The notes under the pieces were generated by a model. The model did no database searches. It saw only the letters and a program-made list of their open reading frames with translations, and had not been told where the DNA came from. From Guillardia theta CCMP2712 (taxonomy: Eukaryota; Protista; Cryptophyta): a stretch of 35,217 nucleotides of DNA. A program made the position numbers and the translations under genes. Shown in pieces: positions 1-12,195 of the stretch. Positions within the stretch are counted from its first letter, which is position 1. Each line of letters begins with the position of its first letter. The stretch is taken from contig NW_005434658.1 of the NCBI RefSeq assembly GCF_000315625.1, positions 23,295 through 58,511 on the forward strand, read 5' to 3'.

Positions 1-1093
1 TTTCTTCTTCTTCTTGGCCAAGGCCTGCAAGGGTTTGTGAGGTGAGTCGAGAAGGATGAAGACGAGACACTTCACCTCCTTGACGAAGTTGTCGAGGAAG
101 CGGAGAGTGGCGTCGTCGATCTTGTCGATGTCAATCTCGATCTCCTCGTTGTCATCCGGGTTCTGAGTGTTGAGGGGAACCAAAGTGAGAACATCCATCA
201 TGGCAGGGCAGAAGTGACAACCGGCTGCAAAACCTTGTGGTTGCGATCATGGATGATTTGAACAACAGAGCCCAACTTCTTTCCAGGGAGCTTGTTCATG
301 TTTTGACTCAACTGTGCTGCTTGTCAGCATCGGATGGGTGGGAAGCAACGGCTCAGAGCGGTTCTCAACAAGCACAACAAGTCTGGACTAACCTCGCGCT
401 TTTCTTCGTAAGTCATCGGCCTGTCGTCGCTGAAGTCTGCATCGTGCAAACGCTTTCCTGCGGAATGACTGTGAGATCGTTTCTGCTGGCTGCTCCTTGC
501 AGCACCGATGGAAGGTTCGGAAGGTCCGCCGCTTGCGTCACCCCCGGACTTCTCTATCTTCCATTTCTCCATGATGGTCGCTTCTGATGATGACCACTTC
601 TGAAAGAACAGCTAGCAACAAAACCAAGTCAGCAGCCGATCTGCGAACACCGGAGGTATCGAGGTCGACAACTATGGGATCGTGATTGTGACAGGCGGGA
701 GCTTCGCAACAAGGCGGGTCCTCACCTCCTTCAGAGTCTTCGCCATGATGTGGACGTCGTGGTTGGAGGGGTTATATCGCATGGCGTTGTCGAAGGTGAG
801 CACCACCTGCCCATGGGAGCACGATGCAGCCCAGACGGTCAGACACACTCCGAGGATGGACGGACTCGTCTCACATTCGTCTTGAACTCTTCCGGGTTGG
901 TGATGGTACCGTTGTCGAGGTGCGTTCTCACTGTACCGAGGTCCATCGGCTTCTTGATAATCTCCAGATAGTCAGGAATGTTGAGCTTGACAGGGTCTAC
1001 GGGCTCGGAGAAGACCCAGCCATGCTTGTGGTTCTTCAGAACCTTGAGGATTCCAATGCATTTCTTCACCCATTCTGATTTCTGCCCAGACAT
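1..1093 (-). CDS. BET-family bromodomain + extra-terminal (ET) domain protein, multi-exon; 3' end runs off the window
   Basis: Exon 1093-875 encodes HGWVFSEPVDPVKLNIPDYLEIIKKPMDLGTV and splices to VVLTFDNAMRYNPSNHDVHIMAKTLKE (bromodomain with the YN acetyl-lysine anchor). Downstream exons give RPMTYEEKRE / LSQNMNKLPGKKLGSVVQIIH / EEIEIDIDKIDDATLRFLDNFVKE, an ET-domain signature. The ATG at 1093 follows an acceptor, so upstream (UTR or coding) exons may exist. Confidence 0.9.
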
Positions 1094-2152
1094 CTGAAAA
1101 AAGGCGCTCGTGAGTCGAGATATGTGCATGGTGCATGTTGACCCATGCTAATCTCCTTCCCTGACCTGATGGTCAACCTTCCTGGCTGCCTCCATGCATG
1201 CATGCATGCCTGTCTCTTTCGCAATTCTACATTAACCCACTCTTGCCTGGATGGAGAGGTGGAAGGAAGAGGAAGGGAGGAAGGGGGGAAATCGCACGGT
1301 ACAGCTCAAGGCAGTTGGATGAAACATGGAAGAAAGGTGAGCTGAAGATAACCTTCTCGAACTGAGTGATTTCCTCGTGATTCATCTATACACCCAAGAT
1401 AATCTTCTTGGTAGAATGCCAGGAAAGGAGGTGGGAGGCAGAAAAGAGAGAAAAGTAAAACCATCAGGAAGTGGGGCAGTGAGGGGCGCGATGGGAAGGG
1501 GCAGAGCGATTGGAGCTGTCTGCGGAGAGACACGGGGGTGATGGTAGAGGAGAGGGATGGACGAAGACGTATCAGGGGTAGCGGGCAGGAGCGGGGAAGG
1601 GGGAGGGGCTGGGTGGGGGGGGGGACGGAGGACGGAAGGGGAAGGAGCCGGCTAGGCGCAGGAGGAGGGCGCGAGGACACGGTGAGTGAATCTTATTAGT
1701 ATTATAAACTGTGAATTTTTAACTTGTTCATGGTACCAGGAATCGGAATAGTATTTATAACCTCTGTTTTGGGCACCAGTTTCTGATGCACCTGGTACAG
1801 ATACAACTACTGTTAGTTTTAGTTTCTTATAAGTTATTGTAAAACAAAAAAACGGGCTCAAGACCCCGTGACTCAGCAAGTAAATGGGACCGCCGGGGCC
1901 CGGCCGGGAGGTAAAGCCGGGCGGCGCTCAGTGATTCATAAGTAGAGACAGATATGTGCTGTATGAGGGGGAAAGTGATCGTGGCAGTCAAACTTCATTG
2001 TGAAAAGGATAACAATTCGGAGGGGTGGGTGATATCGAGAGATGTGTGAGAAGGGGTACTTTGATTACTATCTCGAGGGGTCTTGTAAGGATATTGGGGG
2101 TATGGGGTGGATGGTCCGTAGGCAGTTGGACCTTGATTGAGGGCGGCTAGCA

Positions 2153-4724
2153 ATGGGGAAGGTGGCGCGATCGACAGGGCGAACGACGGTGATGGTGGCG
2201 GCAGCGGCAGGCGCGGCGAACATGCCGAGAGACGCAGTAACATCACATCGAAGACAGGACGAAGAGGAGGAGGAGGTCGTGGGAGGAGGAGCCACTGGTC
2301 ACCAGGAGCAGCACGGGGGATTGTATGCCGAAGAGCTGCATATGAAAGCATGCGCAGAGGAGGAGCTCCGGCAGCGGGCCAGGTTAGCACGTGCCTTTGC
2401 TCCAGACTTTTCGGCCATGACGATGACGAGCAGGAGGAAGTTGATGGAGATGCTAGCGTTCGTTGTGTTCCTCATCCTCTTCACCTGTAACGCTCTCATG
2501 CAACGGCCGATAGAAGCAAGCTATGGCAAGCTCCTGTTCACCCCCTCTTCCTGCCTCACTTCCGCTCCTCCTGCCCTTTTCTTTCTCCTTCTCTCTGCCT
2601 CCTTCTCCCTCCCCAATTTTCCTGTCGCCTCCTACACCATCCTCCTGTTCCCTCATTCCTGACTTCCAACAAAGATTTCTCCAGGGAATTCACCGCCGCC
2701 ACGCTCGAAGGAGCGACGTTTTCGAGCACGACCTACTTCAAGAGTTTCTCGGATGTCAGCACTGTCGATGACTTCTGGACCTGGCTAGTAGAGTGCCCGA
2801 TGCAGTACCTGTACATAGACCGGAGCTACAACGGCTCCTTCTTCGGACCTGACTTCCAGGGTACAAGGTGGCGAGTCATAGGCAACAATGTGATGGTACA
2901 GAGGCCGAGGTTGAGGCAGATCCGGGTCGAGCCGCAGGCTTGCAAGGTTCCCAGCAGGATGAGGGCGACAGTCGGGTACGGGGACGGGCAGGTTTGTATC
3001 CCCAAGATCCAAGACGCCGACATTGACAAGTCCACCTGGTGGGCTCTAGAGCTCAACTCCTCCTTCGCGATGGTTCAGCGCCCGGCTCCCTTCTACTCCG
3101 CTTCCCAGCTCTCCAGCTCGAGTGTCACCTCTAGAGCCTCCGGCTCTCCCATCTCCTACGACGGAGGAGGTTTCATTCAGGTTGACCTTGACCTGCTCCC
3201 CCCCCCCCTCCACAGCTGACCCTGAGCTGCCGGCAGGATTTTCCGCTCAACATGTCCAACGCGCAGTTCGTGGAATTTGTGAAGGCCCTGCGAGCTGGGG
3301 GCTGGACTGACGCCAGGACGAGGGCTGTGCTGTTTGACTACGTGGTGTACAACCAGGTTCTGAACCTGTTCCTCTCTACCAGGCTCTTGTTCGAGTTCCT
3401 GCCCTACGGCTTCGTCCGCTCCAGCAGCAGCATCCGCGTGATGCGGTTCGGATACGTCAGGCTGTCTGACATCTCGCTTCTCGTGCTCGACATCTTCGTC
3501 TACGTCAGCGTCGTGGTCTGGCTGGGCCTCCTGACGTTCCGGGTGTGGAGGAACAGGACGAGGGTTCTGCGGGACGTCTGGTTCTTCATTGACCTTGTGA
3601 ACATCATCATCTTCGTCATCACCCTCGGCTACAAGGTCCAGTACTACCTCATGGTCAAGGACTTTATCGGGGGCTACCCTGATCCCTCCGTAGCCAGTAG
3701 CCCGTCCCAGGAGTCTCCAGTGTTCGGGTCGGGCAGGGACGAGTCTGGGTACCTGCAGAAGTACCTGGACTTCGATGCGATGGGATGGTACTCCTATCAG
3801 ATCACAAACTGGACGGGATTCAACGGCCTGATCACCTGGCTCAAGTTCCTTGGGTACCTGCAGTACCTCAACCCCGCCGTATCGAAGCTCATCCTGACCC
3901 TGGCGAGATCGGCTAAAGACATCACGATATTCTCGATCCTCCTCGCCATCGCCCTCTGGGCCTTTGCACTGGCGCTGTACGTGTCGTTCGGGTCGGAGAT
4001 GGAAGAGTTCAAGTCTGTAAACCTCGCGTACATCAACGTGTGCAAGTCGCTGGTGCAAGGGCTGGACTTTGACAAGATCCGACAAGTCAACGTCTACCTT
4101 GGCCCCCTCCTCTTCCTTCTCTTCCAGTTCATCTGCTTCTTCTTCCTCCTCAACATGTTCATCGCCATCATCCTCAACGTGTACCAGGAGGTGGTCAACA
4201 CACCGGAAGACCCGTTCGCCGTCGCTTTCCGTGCTGAGTTCAGACGTCTGCTCGAAGGACTGAGAGGGAGGGTCGTGAAAGCGGCGAGGAGGAAGGGGAG
4301 GGTTGACATGGAGGACGACTTCGAAAGTTCAGAGGAGGGAGCAGGGCTCAAGGAAGTGAAGGTTCAGACAAGGCGGAGCAGTTTGGGTGGAGGAGCAGGG
4401 GATAGCGACGCGAATCAGGTGAGGGCTGGAGGAGGGACGAGAAGAGGGCGAAGGTCGGAGGAGGAGGAGGCGGGAATGATGAAGATGGAGAGAGATGTTC
4501 TCGATTGACTTGAATGGGTCAAGATCGGATGGTCAACTAGCTCCACGGTTATACAGAAAGCAGCAGAGCAGAGGTGACAAAAAACTCCATCGCCTCCTCC
4601 CGCTCCCTCCTGATCCCTCCCTGCCTCCCCTCCCCTCCCTGCCTCCCCTCCCCTCCCCTCCCTGCCTCCCTCCCTGCCTCCCCCTTTCCTCCTCCTCATT
4701 GTCTCGCAGGACTCGACTTCGTGA
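2153..4724 (+). CDS. PKD2: Polycystin-2 (TRPP/PKD2-like) cation channel
   Basis: Predicted exons 2153-2525, 2675-3180, 3237-4418, 4541-4573, 4710-4724. Motifs: FSDVSTVDDFWTWL, PRLRQIRV, YDGGGFIQDF, WTDARTRAVLFDYVVYN, and S6 LGPLLFLLFQFICFFFLLNMFIAII. The last two small exons are tentative. Confidence 0.9.
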
Positions 4725-4735
4725 CAATCAGCTCA

Positions 4736-5458
4736 NNNNNNNNNNNNNNNNNNNNNNNNNNNNNNNNNNNNNNNNNNNNNNNNNNNNNNNNNNNNNNNNN
4801 NNNNNNNNNNNNNNNNNNNNNNNNNNNNNNNNNNNNNNNNNNNNNNNNNNNNNNNNNNNNNNNNNNNNNNNNNNNNNNNNNNNNNNNNNNNNNNNNNNNN
4901 NNNNNNNNNNNNNNNNNNNNNNNNNNNNNNNNNNNNNNNNNNNNNNNNNNNNNNNNNNNNNNNNNNNNNNNNNNNNNNNNNNNNNNNNNNNNNNNNNNNN
5001 NNNNNNNNNNNNNNNNNNNNNNNNNNNNNNNNNNNNNNNNNNNNNNNNNNNNNNNNNNNNNNNNNNNNNNNNNNNNNNNNNNNNNNNNNNNNNNNNNNNN
5101 NNNNNNNNNNNNNNNNNNNNNNNNNNNNNNNNNNNNNNNNNNNNNNNNNNNNNNNNNNNNNNNNNNNNNNNNNNNNNNNNNNNNNNNNNNNNNNNNNNNN
5201 NNNNNNNNNNNNNNNNNNNNNNNNNNNNNNNNNNNNNNNNNNNNNNNNNNNNNNNNNNNNNNNNNNNNNNNNNNNNNNNNNNNNNNNNNNNNNNNNNNNN
5301 NNNNNNNNNNNNNNNNNNNNNNNNNNNNNNNNNNNNNNNNNNNNNNNNNNNNNNNNNNNNNNNNNNNNNNNNNNNNNNNNNNNNNNNNNNNNNNNNNNNN
5401 NNNNNNNNNNNNNNNNNNNNNNNNNNNNNNNNNNNNNNNNNNNNNNNNNNNNNNNNNN
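4736..5458. other. Assembly gap (N run)
   Basis: Continuous N tract. Confidence 1.
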
Positions 5459-6372
5459 CAGAAGGGATCGGGGAGGGATGGGAGAATCGGTACCAACTGT
5501 GTAGTCCGCCGCCCAGTCACATCGGAAGGGCGTCGTAAGAGAGATATCGACCAGTCTGAAGAGAATGAATCAGAAATCGCTCCTCCTCCTCCTCCTCCTC
5601 CTCCTCCTCCTCTGCTCCACCCTGTCCTCTACCAACTCCTCTCTGCTCCTCTTCCTTCGCCATTCTCTCTCTTCCAAAGCCACCACGGACTTACTCCCCC
5701 TCCCCCCTCCCTCCACTCCTCTCCTCCTTCTTCCCCCCTCCTCATCTCCTCCTACTCACTGATAGATGCAGTTCTTCTTGGAGTCCTTCTGCAGGGAGTA
5801 CATCTCCGCCTCCTCCTCCAGGCTCTCCGCGTCTCCCCTCCCCTCCCTCCCTCCCCATCCCATTCGGATCATCTCGACGTCCCAGTCGCTCCCCAGGGAC
5901 TGAGCATGCATGAAGATCTGAAGGAAGTCAGCGAGAACAGACAGGCGACGTCCCTCCTCCTCCCTCACCCCGTCCATCATCGTCGGCATCGGCAGGTTCG
6001 GCACCATGCTCAGGCACTCGCCGAAGAGTTCGGGGGAAAGCTTGTAAGAGCTCATGGAGCAGACTCGCACTCGACCCCTCTCCTCCTCCTCCTCCTCCTC
6101 CTCCTCCTCCTCCTTCCCGATCCTCTTGCCCACCTCCAGCGCATGGTGCCGGTCGAAGTACTCAGCCAGTCCACCTCCCGAGTCGAGCTGAACTCCCTTG
6201 TAGACGTCCGGGCTGAAGTGAATCTGCTGGGGGTCCGGGAGGGAGGGGAGGTCAACGTACATTAGCCAAGGCAGCATGAACACAACGAAGCTTCCCTTCT
6301 CGCACTCTCCTATGCACCTCACGCTCCCTGCTAGCAGCCCCCGCATCTGACACAGGTACGCCTCCCCCTCCC

Positions 6373-6407
<35 letters not shown>

Positions 6408-7816
6408 CTCCCATCCTCCGCTGCTCTCCTCTCCTCCTCCCTCTCCCTTCCCGTCCGCCTGCTCGTGGGCAGCAGCCTCGAGCGGATGGAGACGGGGCCG
6501 AGGGGGAAAACGTCAGGGTCAAGGAGGACGAAGATGGAACGAGGGTACTCGGGCAGAATGACGTTCCTCCACAGCCAGTTGACCGCCTGCGAGTGGTTCC
6601 TGGAGGCAACCGACCCGCTGCTGCTGTTGGCCAGCGACGGGTCATGGGGAGGGATCAGGGCTCGGACGCCGTAGAGCTTGCAGACGGAGAGGAAGGAGTG
6701 GCGGAGGGGACCGAGGGGAGAGTTGATAACGACGAGGATCTCTGTCTGCTCTTGGAAGTGCGTCTGGATGGACTCAACCTGGTAACTCAGCATGTCCACC
6801 TGGTTGAACACAACGATCGCTGCCACAACCTCTGCCGGTCCCTTCGCCCCCCGCTGCTGCTCCTTCCCCTCCTCCTCCTCCTCCGCTCTGTGCTCCTCTC
6901 GGCCCTCACTTGACTTGTGCTCCCTTGCCGCCTTCTCCGCCTGCACCACCTCCTCCTTCTCCACCTCTTTCCTCAACCCTTCCTCTCCGGCTTTTCCCAT
7001 TCCCTCCTCATCCTCCTCTTGTAAGCCCTTCTCCGGACGGTACGACCCCTCTCCTTCACGAATCATATCTCCCTCCGGGTCTTGGGTAGTGTTGCCCTCT
7101 TCCTCCTTCCCCCCCTCCTTTGTCTCCCTCCGATCCTCCTCGTTTGCCTGCCACCATTCATCCTCCTCCCACATTTCCTCCCGACCTTTCCTCAACTCCT
7201 CGCGCCACTCCTTCCCTTGTCCCTTCCTCTTCTCCTCCTCCTCCTGCCGCTCTCCTCCGCTTTCTGAGTTGCAAAGAGGACAGCAGACGCTGCAGTAGAA
7301 GTCCCAGACCTCAACAGAGACGGAGGTCTCCGCAAGCACGACTTCAGCTCCACATGTCATCCTCGCCTCTAGCATGATGACGTGGAATCCGGCAGGAAGC
7401 TCGAACGTGAGGGTCTGAGACGAGCGGCGGAGGGGGAAGACAGCAACGCCGTCGTTGACCCAAGTCTGCAGATGATGGTTGACGTAAAGGTAGACCTGTC
7501 AACAAGTCTTAACACCTCCATGTTCATCTCGCCGCGTGTCTTGTGTCCAAAATCTCTACTCTCTTGAGTTTCAGTTGTCTTCTTCTTCCCTCCGCCACTC
7601 TCCTCTTCTCCACCCCTTCCTGCTGCTCACTGCCCTTTCCTCTCTCCCTCCCTCCTCCCTCCTCTCGTCCTCCCGTCCTCTTCTATCTTTCTGTCCTCAC
7701 CTCGACCTCTCCATCCTTCCCGTTGGTGCTGTATGAGATCGTCGTCTCTCCGCTCTTCCTGATTTCTCCTTCCACCAGATTCCTAGAATGACAAAGAAAC
7801 CATGAGATACCAACCG

Positions 7817-7905
<89 letters not shown>

Positions 7906-9523
7906 TCATCATCACAACAACAACGACAACAACAACAACACACCTGATAACAATCATCGGCAAGTCACAGAAATCATCCTTTCCCAGCGCGTCGGCAACA
8001 TCTCCCGCCATCTCCTCCTCCACCCCCGGGACGTGAAGCCTCCCAACCAACGGCATGCTTGACACCATAGCGCATCCTCCTCCTGTACAGTCTCTGCCTA
8101 CTGCCCTGCACTCCCTCTGCCCTCCTCCTTTCCTCGTCCCAGCCCACACGGCAAGCACACACCCGTCCTCGTCTATCCCGCTCCCAGGACACCCGACGGG
8201 CCCGATCGAGCTCGCGTTGTCGCTCACTCTAGCTTGCGGAGAATCTGCTGCTCCTGTCTTCCCAGCTCCTCCTGCTCCTCCCCCTGCCTCTTCCTCTCCT
8301 CCTCCTCCCGCTCCTGCTTCCTCCCTGGTGGCACGTGATCTTCCAGCTGAGTCTTCGAGTGTATCATGCGGCCCCGCAGCGATAATGGAGGGATCAATGT
8401 CGTCAAAGACGTCCTTGATCAGCATGGAAGTAGCAGCCAGCATCTCCTCCTCCTGCCATCTCACCATCCTCACGTACTCGCGCATGTGCTCCAGGTACCC
8501 GGAGTGGTTGGCGAGGACCAGGCGCAGCAGCAGGTGAAGCCTGTCAATGTCTCCGGTCGGGTCTTGGAACTTGAACATGTCGGGGAGAGGGACATCTTGG
8601 ATGAAGTTGGCAGAGCCCTGCCTGTTGGTGATCACAACACATCCAGCCATGGCGGCCTCCCGAGGGATCTTGTCCTGCCCCGGGTGATGCCCGAAGTCGA
8701 GGTAGATCTTGGCGATCTTGAGCAGACTGGCTGACGACTTCAAGTTCTGGACGGGGACGAAGACAGGCTTCTCTCCCTCACTCCAGGACTTGAGCTGCAG
8801 TCCCGCGATCACTCGCATCATCACGTCCAGACCCTTCCTGGGGTTGAACGCCACGATATTCTCCTTGTCAACCGAGCATGTGGAGGGTGGAGGCAGAGAC
8901 TTGGTGAAGCTTGACGACTCGACGATGTAGTCGTTGACGAGTCGAGCACGTTCCACTCCCATCTCTCTCAGGTAAGCCAGCCCGTAGTGTGAGTTGGTGA
9001 TATGATGGATATCAGCTCGAGAGAACTGTTGGAACCCTCTGCCGTTATTGTCAACCGAGAGCCACCATATCACTCTCCTCACTCCCGCGATCACGTCGAC
9101 GTACCGCGTCCACACCTCCGGCAGGACCAACACCTCACAGGGCCCAGAGGGCAACCGATCCGCCAACCGGCAAGACAGGTACGAGTACCTTTCCGTCACT
9201 CCTCCTCCTCGCATCACAGACCGTATCATCGCCTCCAGGCTAGCTTCGGCCTGCCCCGTCCTCACCAACAAGTCCAGCTCCCATATGTTCTCCATGGGCC
9301 CCAGGTAGAGCATGTACGCCTCTGCTCCATGTCGCTCGAGCATGTCACACAGCTGATGCAGCGCCTCTGGCCCGCCTGTCTCCATGTACCCTGGCACAGC
9401 AACAAACCATGCTCCCGGCCGCGAGCACGCGCTACTGTCGGAGGCTGGAGGACTTGCCTCGCTCCTTCCTCCTCCGAGGAGGAGCTGGAGGGAGAGGAGG
9501 AGGACAGGAAGGGATCGAGGCAT
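5459..9523 (-). CDS. Putative secretory-pathway two-domain glycosyltransferase (signal peptide + GT-B-like domain + beta-rich linker domain + GT-A/DxD-like domain); 3' end enters the gap
   Basis: N-terminus MPRSLPVLLLSLQLLLGG (signal-like). GT-B-like motifs TGGPEALHQL, IWWLSVDN, AFNPRKG, YLDFGHHPGQDKIPREAAMAGC. GT-AG introns 7943-7783, 7700-~7496 and a 44-nt intron join ORF 7697-9523 in frame to ORF 5756-7375, which has IVVFNQVDMLSYQVESIQ...HSQAVNWLW...FVLLDPDVFP (DxD). A further exon starts at 5555. Confidence 0.7.
7818..7940. repeat. Compound microsatellite (CAT)n(CGT)n(CAA)n inside a glycosyltransferase intron
   Basis: Directly visible; flanked by a minus-strand donor at 7943 and acceptor at 7783. 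Confidence 0.95.
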
Positions 9524-9575
9524 GGCCGCGTCACAGCTCGCCGAATTTTCTCGTCCTCGGCATGCCTTGGGTCGT

Positions 9576-10730
9576 TCAGTTGGTCAGAGCACTGGAGATG
9601 GTCGACTGCAAGGGAGTCAAGGCCTCTCTGATCCTCGGGGCGAGGTGCATCAATGTTTCAGCGTCGGCGTCCGTGTTCCCCACGAGAGTGATGACTGGGC
9701 GAGCAAGACAGTCAGATAGAGGAAGAGGAGAGGAGGAGGGGAGGAGAGGAGGAGAGGAGGAGAGGAGGAGAGGAGGAGGCGAAGAAAACAGGGAAAAAGC
9801 AGGAGAGTAGCAGGAGCAGAGAGAAGGAGGTTGGGAGACTTCGAAGACAGAAAAGGAGGGAGAAGGAGAGGAGGAGAGGAGGAGGAGGGAGGGAGAAAAC
9901 CTAATGGGTAAGCATTCACGTGCACGACTATCTGATCTTCGTAGACGGCAGTCACCGAGTTACAGGCGCCATGAGGCAACTTTGATATCTGAAACCAAAC
10001 GACAAGGATCAGGACTCTTCCTCCTCCTCTCCCCCCCCCANNNNNNNNNNNNNNNNNNNNNNNNNNNNNNNNNNNNNNNNNNNNNNNNNNNNNNNNNNNN
10101 NNNNNNNNNNNNNNNNNNNNNNNNNNNNNNNNNNNNNNNNCCTCCTCCCTCCCCCCCCCCCTCCCCCTCGCCCTCCTCTCTTCCTCCTCCAAGAACTTAC
10201 CTGGTCTGCTGTCAGCGCGAACCCTGCTTCCAGGCTGTCCTGGCTGCAAGCCAAGGCATGAGGAGGCGTTCCTGGTAGCAGCTAACCTGATACAATCACC
10301 TGCTCTTGCCGTCTCCCCCACGATATGAGATGAACTTGACTCCGTCTCGGTCGGAGACAGAAATGCTCTTCAGGCCCTTCACCTGTGAAGCTTTATCATA
10401 CATTATGCCTTGCATTGTCTCTTGTGACCATCCGTTGCCTCTTGCTTTCTTATGTCTGCCATTCCTTGCCTCTCTCCCTCTTCCCCAACCCGCTCCTTCT
10501 CCCACTGTTCCACACTTCCCCTCTCCCCCTCCTCTTTCCCCTCCTCTTCTCCTTCTCCCGCTTTCCCTCCTCATCATCATCCTCCTCCTCCTCCTCCTCC
10601 TCCCCATCCTCCTCATCCTCCTCCTCCTCCTCCTCCTCCTCCTCCTCCTCCTCCTCCTCCTCCTCCTCCTCCTCCTCACCTGAGCCGTCAGCGTTGCCAG
10701 CGCTTCCTCTACTTCCCTCGCCGCCTCCAT
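9576..10730 (-). CDS. LAMTOR3: Ragulator complex subunit LAMTOR3 (MP1), roadblock fold
   Basis: Exons 10730-10680, 10382-10300, 10243-10201, 9988-9901, 9694-9576 splice to MEAAREVEEALATLTAQVKGLKSISVSDRDGVKFISY...LEAGFALTADQISKLPHGACNSVTAVYEDQIVVHVNAYPLVITLVGNTDADAETLMHLAPRIREALTPLQSTISSALTN*. This matches the MP1 motifs VEGLHAIVVSDRDGV and FALATDQGSKL. Confidence 0.92.
10041..10140. other. Assembly gap (100 N) inside LAMTOR3 intron 3
   Basis: N run flanked by C homopolymers. Confidence 1.
10572..10677. repeat. (CCT)n microsatellite in LAMTOR3 intron 1
   Basis: Directly visible. Confidence 0.95.
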
Positions 10731-11183
10731 CACGCCATGTCCTTTGGGCTTGAGCGGGGATGCAGGTTTTTGAATGGCCATGTGACCAGTAAAGATGGGT
10801 GACCATAACGATCCCATGGCGGGACCAGTGGCGGGCAGTCATGGCAGTGTGGCGGGGAAGGCGGGGAAGGAGAGGAGGGAGACGAGGAGGAGGGGAACGA
10901 GAGTGAGGGTGAGGATAGATGAAAGGGAGGAATAGCAGTCTACCAGGAGGGGGAAGAGGAGGGAGGCGGAGGAGGCGGAGGAGGCGGAGGAGGCGGAGGA
11001 ACAATCCAGGGGGGATAGGACCTGACAAGCAATATTCCAACCTCTCCTCCCTCTCCTCCCTCCCCTCCCTCCCTCCCTCTCCTTTCTCTCCTCCCCTGGC
11101 CCTGCTGCATCCTCTCAAAGTGTGATGCACCTTCCTCCCACTGACTCTGCAATGCAGTCCCCCCCCCCCCCCCCTCGAGCAAC

Positions 11184-12164
11184 ATGGCGGTCACGGACAG
11201 GGAGAAGGAGGAAGACTGGTACGACCGCGAGATCAGGTTCGACGTGCGACCGGCTCAGCTGGAGCTGAGGAGAGGAGAGTTCACCATCGACACGATGGAC
11301 TCGGTGGAGGACACGAAGGGGAACAACGGAGAGGCTGGTATCCTGCACGTCACCAACCTCAGGATGATGTGGCTATCAAAGTCGTCTCATAGGACCAACC
11401 TGAGCATCGGCTATGGCTGCATCGTCAACATCAACATCCGCACGGCGAACTCGCGGCTCAAGGGCCAGACGCAGGCTCTTTTCGTGCTGACCAAGTTCAA
11501 CGGCAGCCGCTTCGAGTTCATCTTCACGAACCTCGCCAAGGAGAGCCCCAGGCTCTTCACAACGGTGCAAGCTGTGTTCAGAGCGTACGACACCTCCAAG
11601 CTCTACCGCGACCTGAAGCTGCGAGGAGCGGTGATCAAGGACAAGGAGCTGATCTTGCTCCCCGAGGAGAAGGTTCCAACTGCTCTCACTCCCCCTTGTT
11701 TGCTTGCCCTGTGTGCGCTCGTCCTCGCTCGCTGCCGTTACGCGCGCTTGTCCTCGTCCTGACGTTTCTGTCAGATCTTCAACAAGATTCCTGGTGTTTG
11801 GAACCTCAGCGCAGATCAGGGCAACCTTGGAACTTTCTTCCTTACCAACGTGAGGATCGTGTGGTTTGCCAACCTTGCGGAGAACTTCAACGTTAGCATC
11901 CCTTACATACAGATAAAAAACATCAAGGTGACTTTCCCTCCCTCCCCTTGCCTCTCCCTCCTTTCTCCCATCCGCTTGCCTCCCTCCCTCTCCCCCCTCC
12001 CTCCCTCCCTCCCTCCCTGCTGGTTTTCTCTTGTCATATCTGAGACACTTTTGCTTTTTTCGCCTTCAAGTTCTTCTCGCATTGGCCTCTGACTGCTTGC
12101 TGTTGCACCAGGTGCGAGAGTCAAAGTTTGGTCCAGCACTTGTCATTCACACGAAGTGAGGGGA

Positions 12165-12195
<31 letters not shown>

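Noticed and set aside
3177-4085. 302-aa antisense ORF over the PKD2-like gene (and similar antisense ORFs over the GT, coiled-coil and Sec6 exons)
   Set aside because: Shadow ORFs expected from high GC3 codon bias; no recognisable motifs.
4495-6265. Long ORFs spanning the N gap
   Set aside because: Artefacts of translating Ns.
7683-8062. Poly-Asp/His/Arg/Thr/Met ORFs, and poly-Cys-Ser at 27481-27876
   Set aside because: Translations of intronic microsatellites bounded by canonical splice sites.
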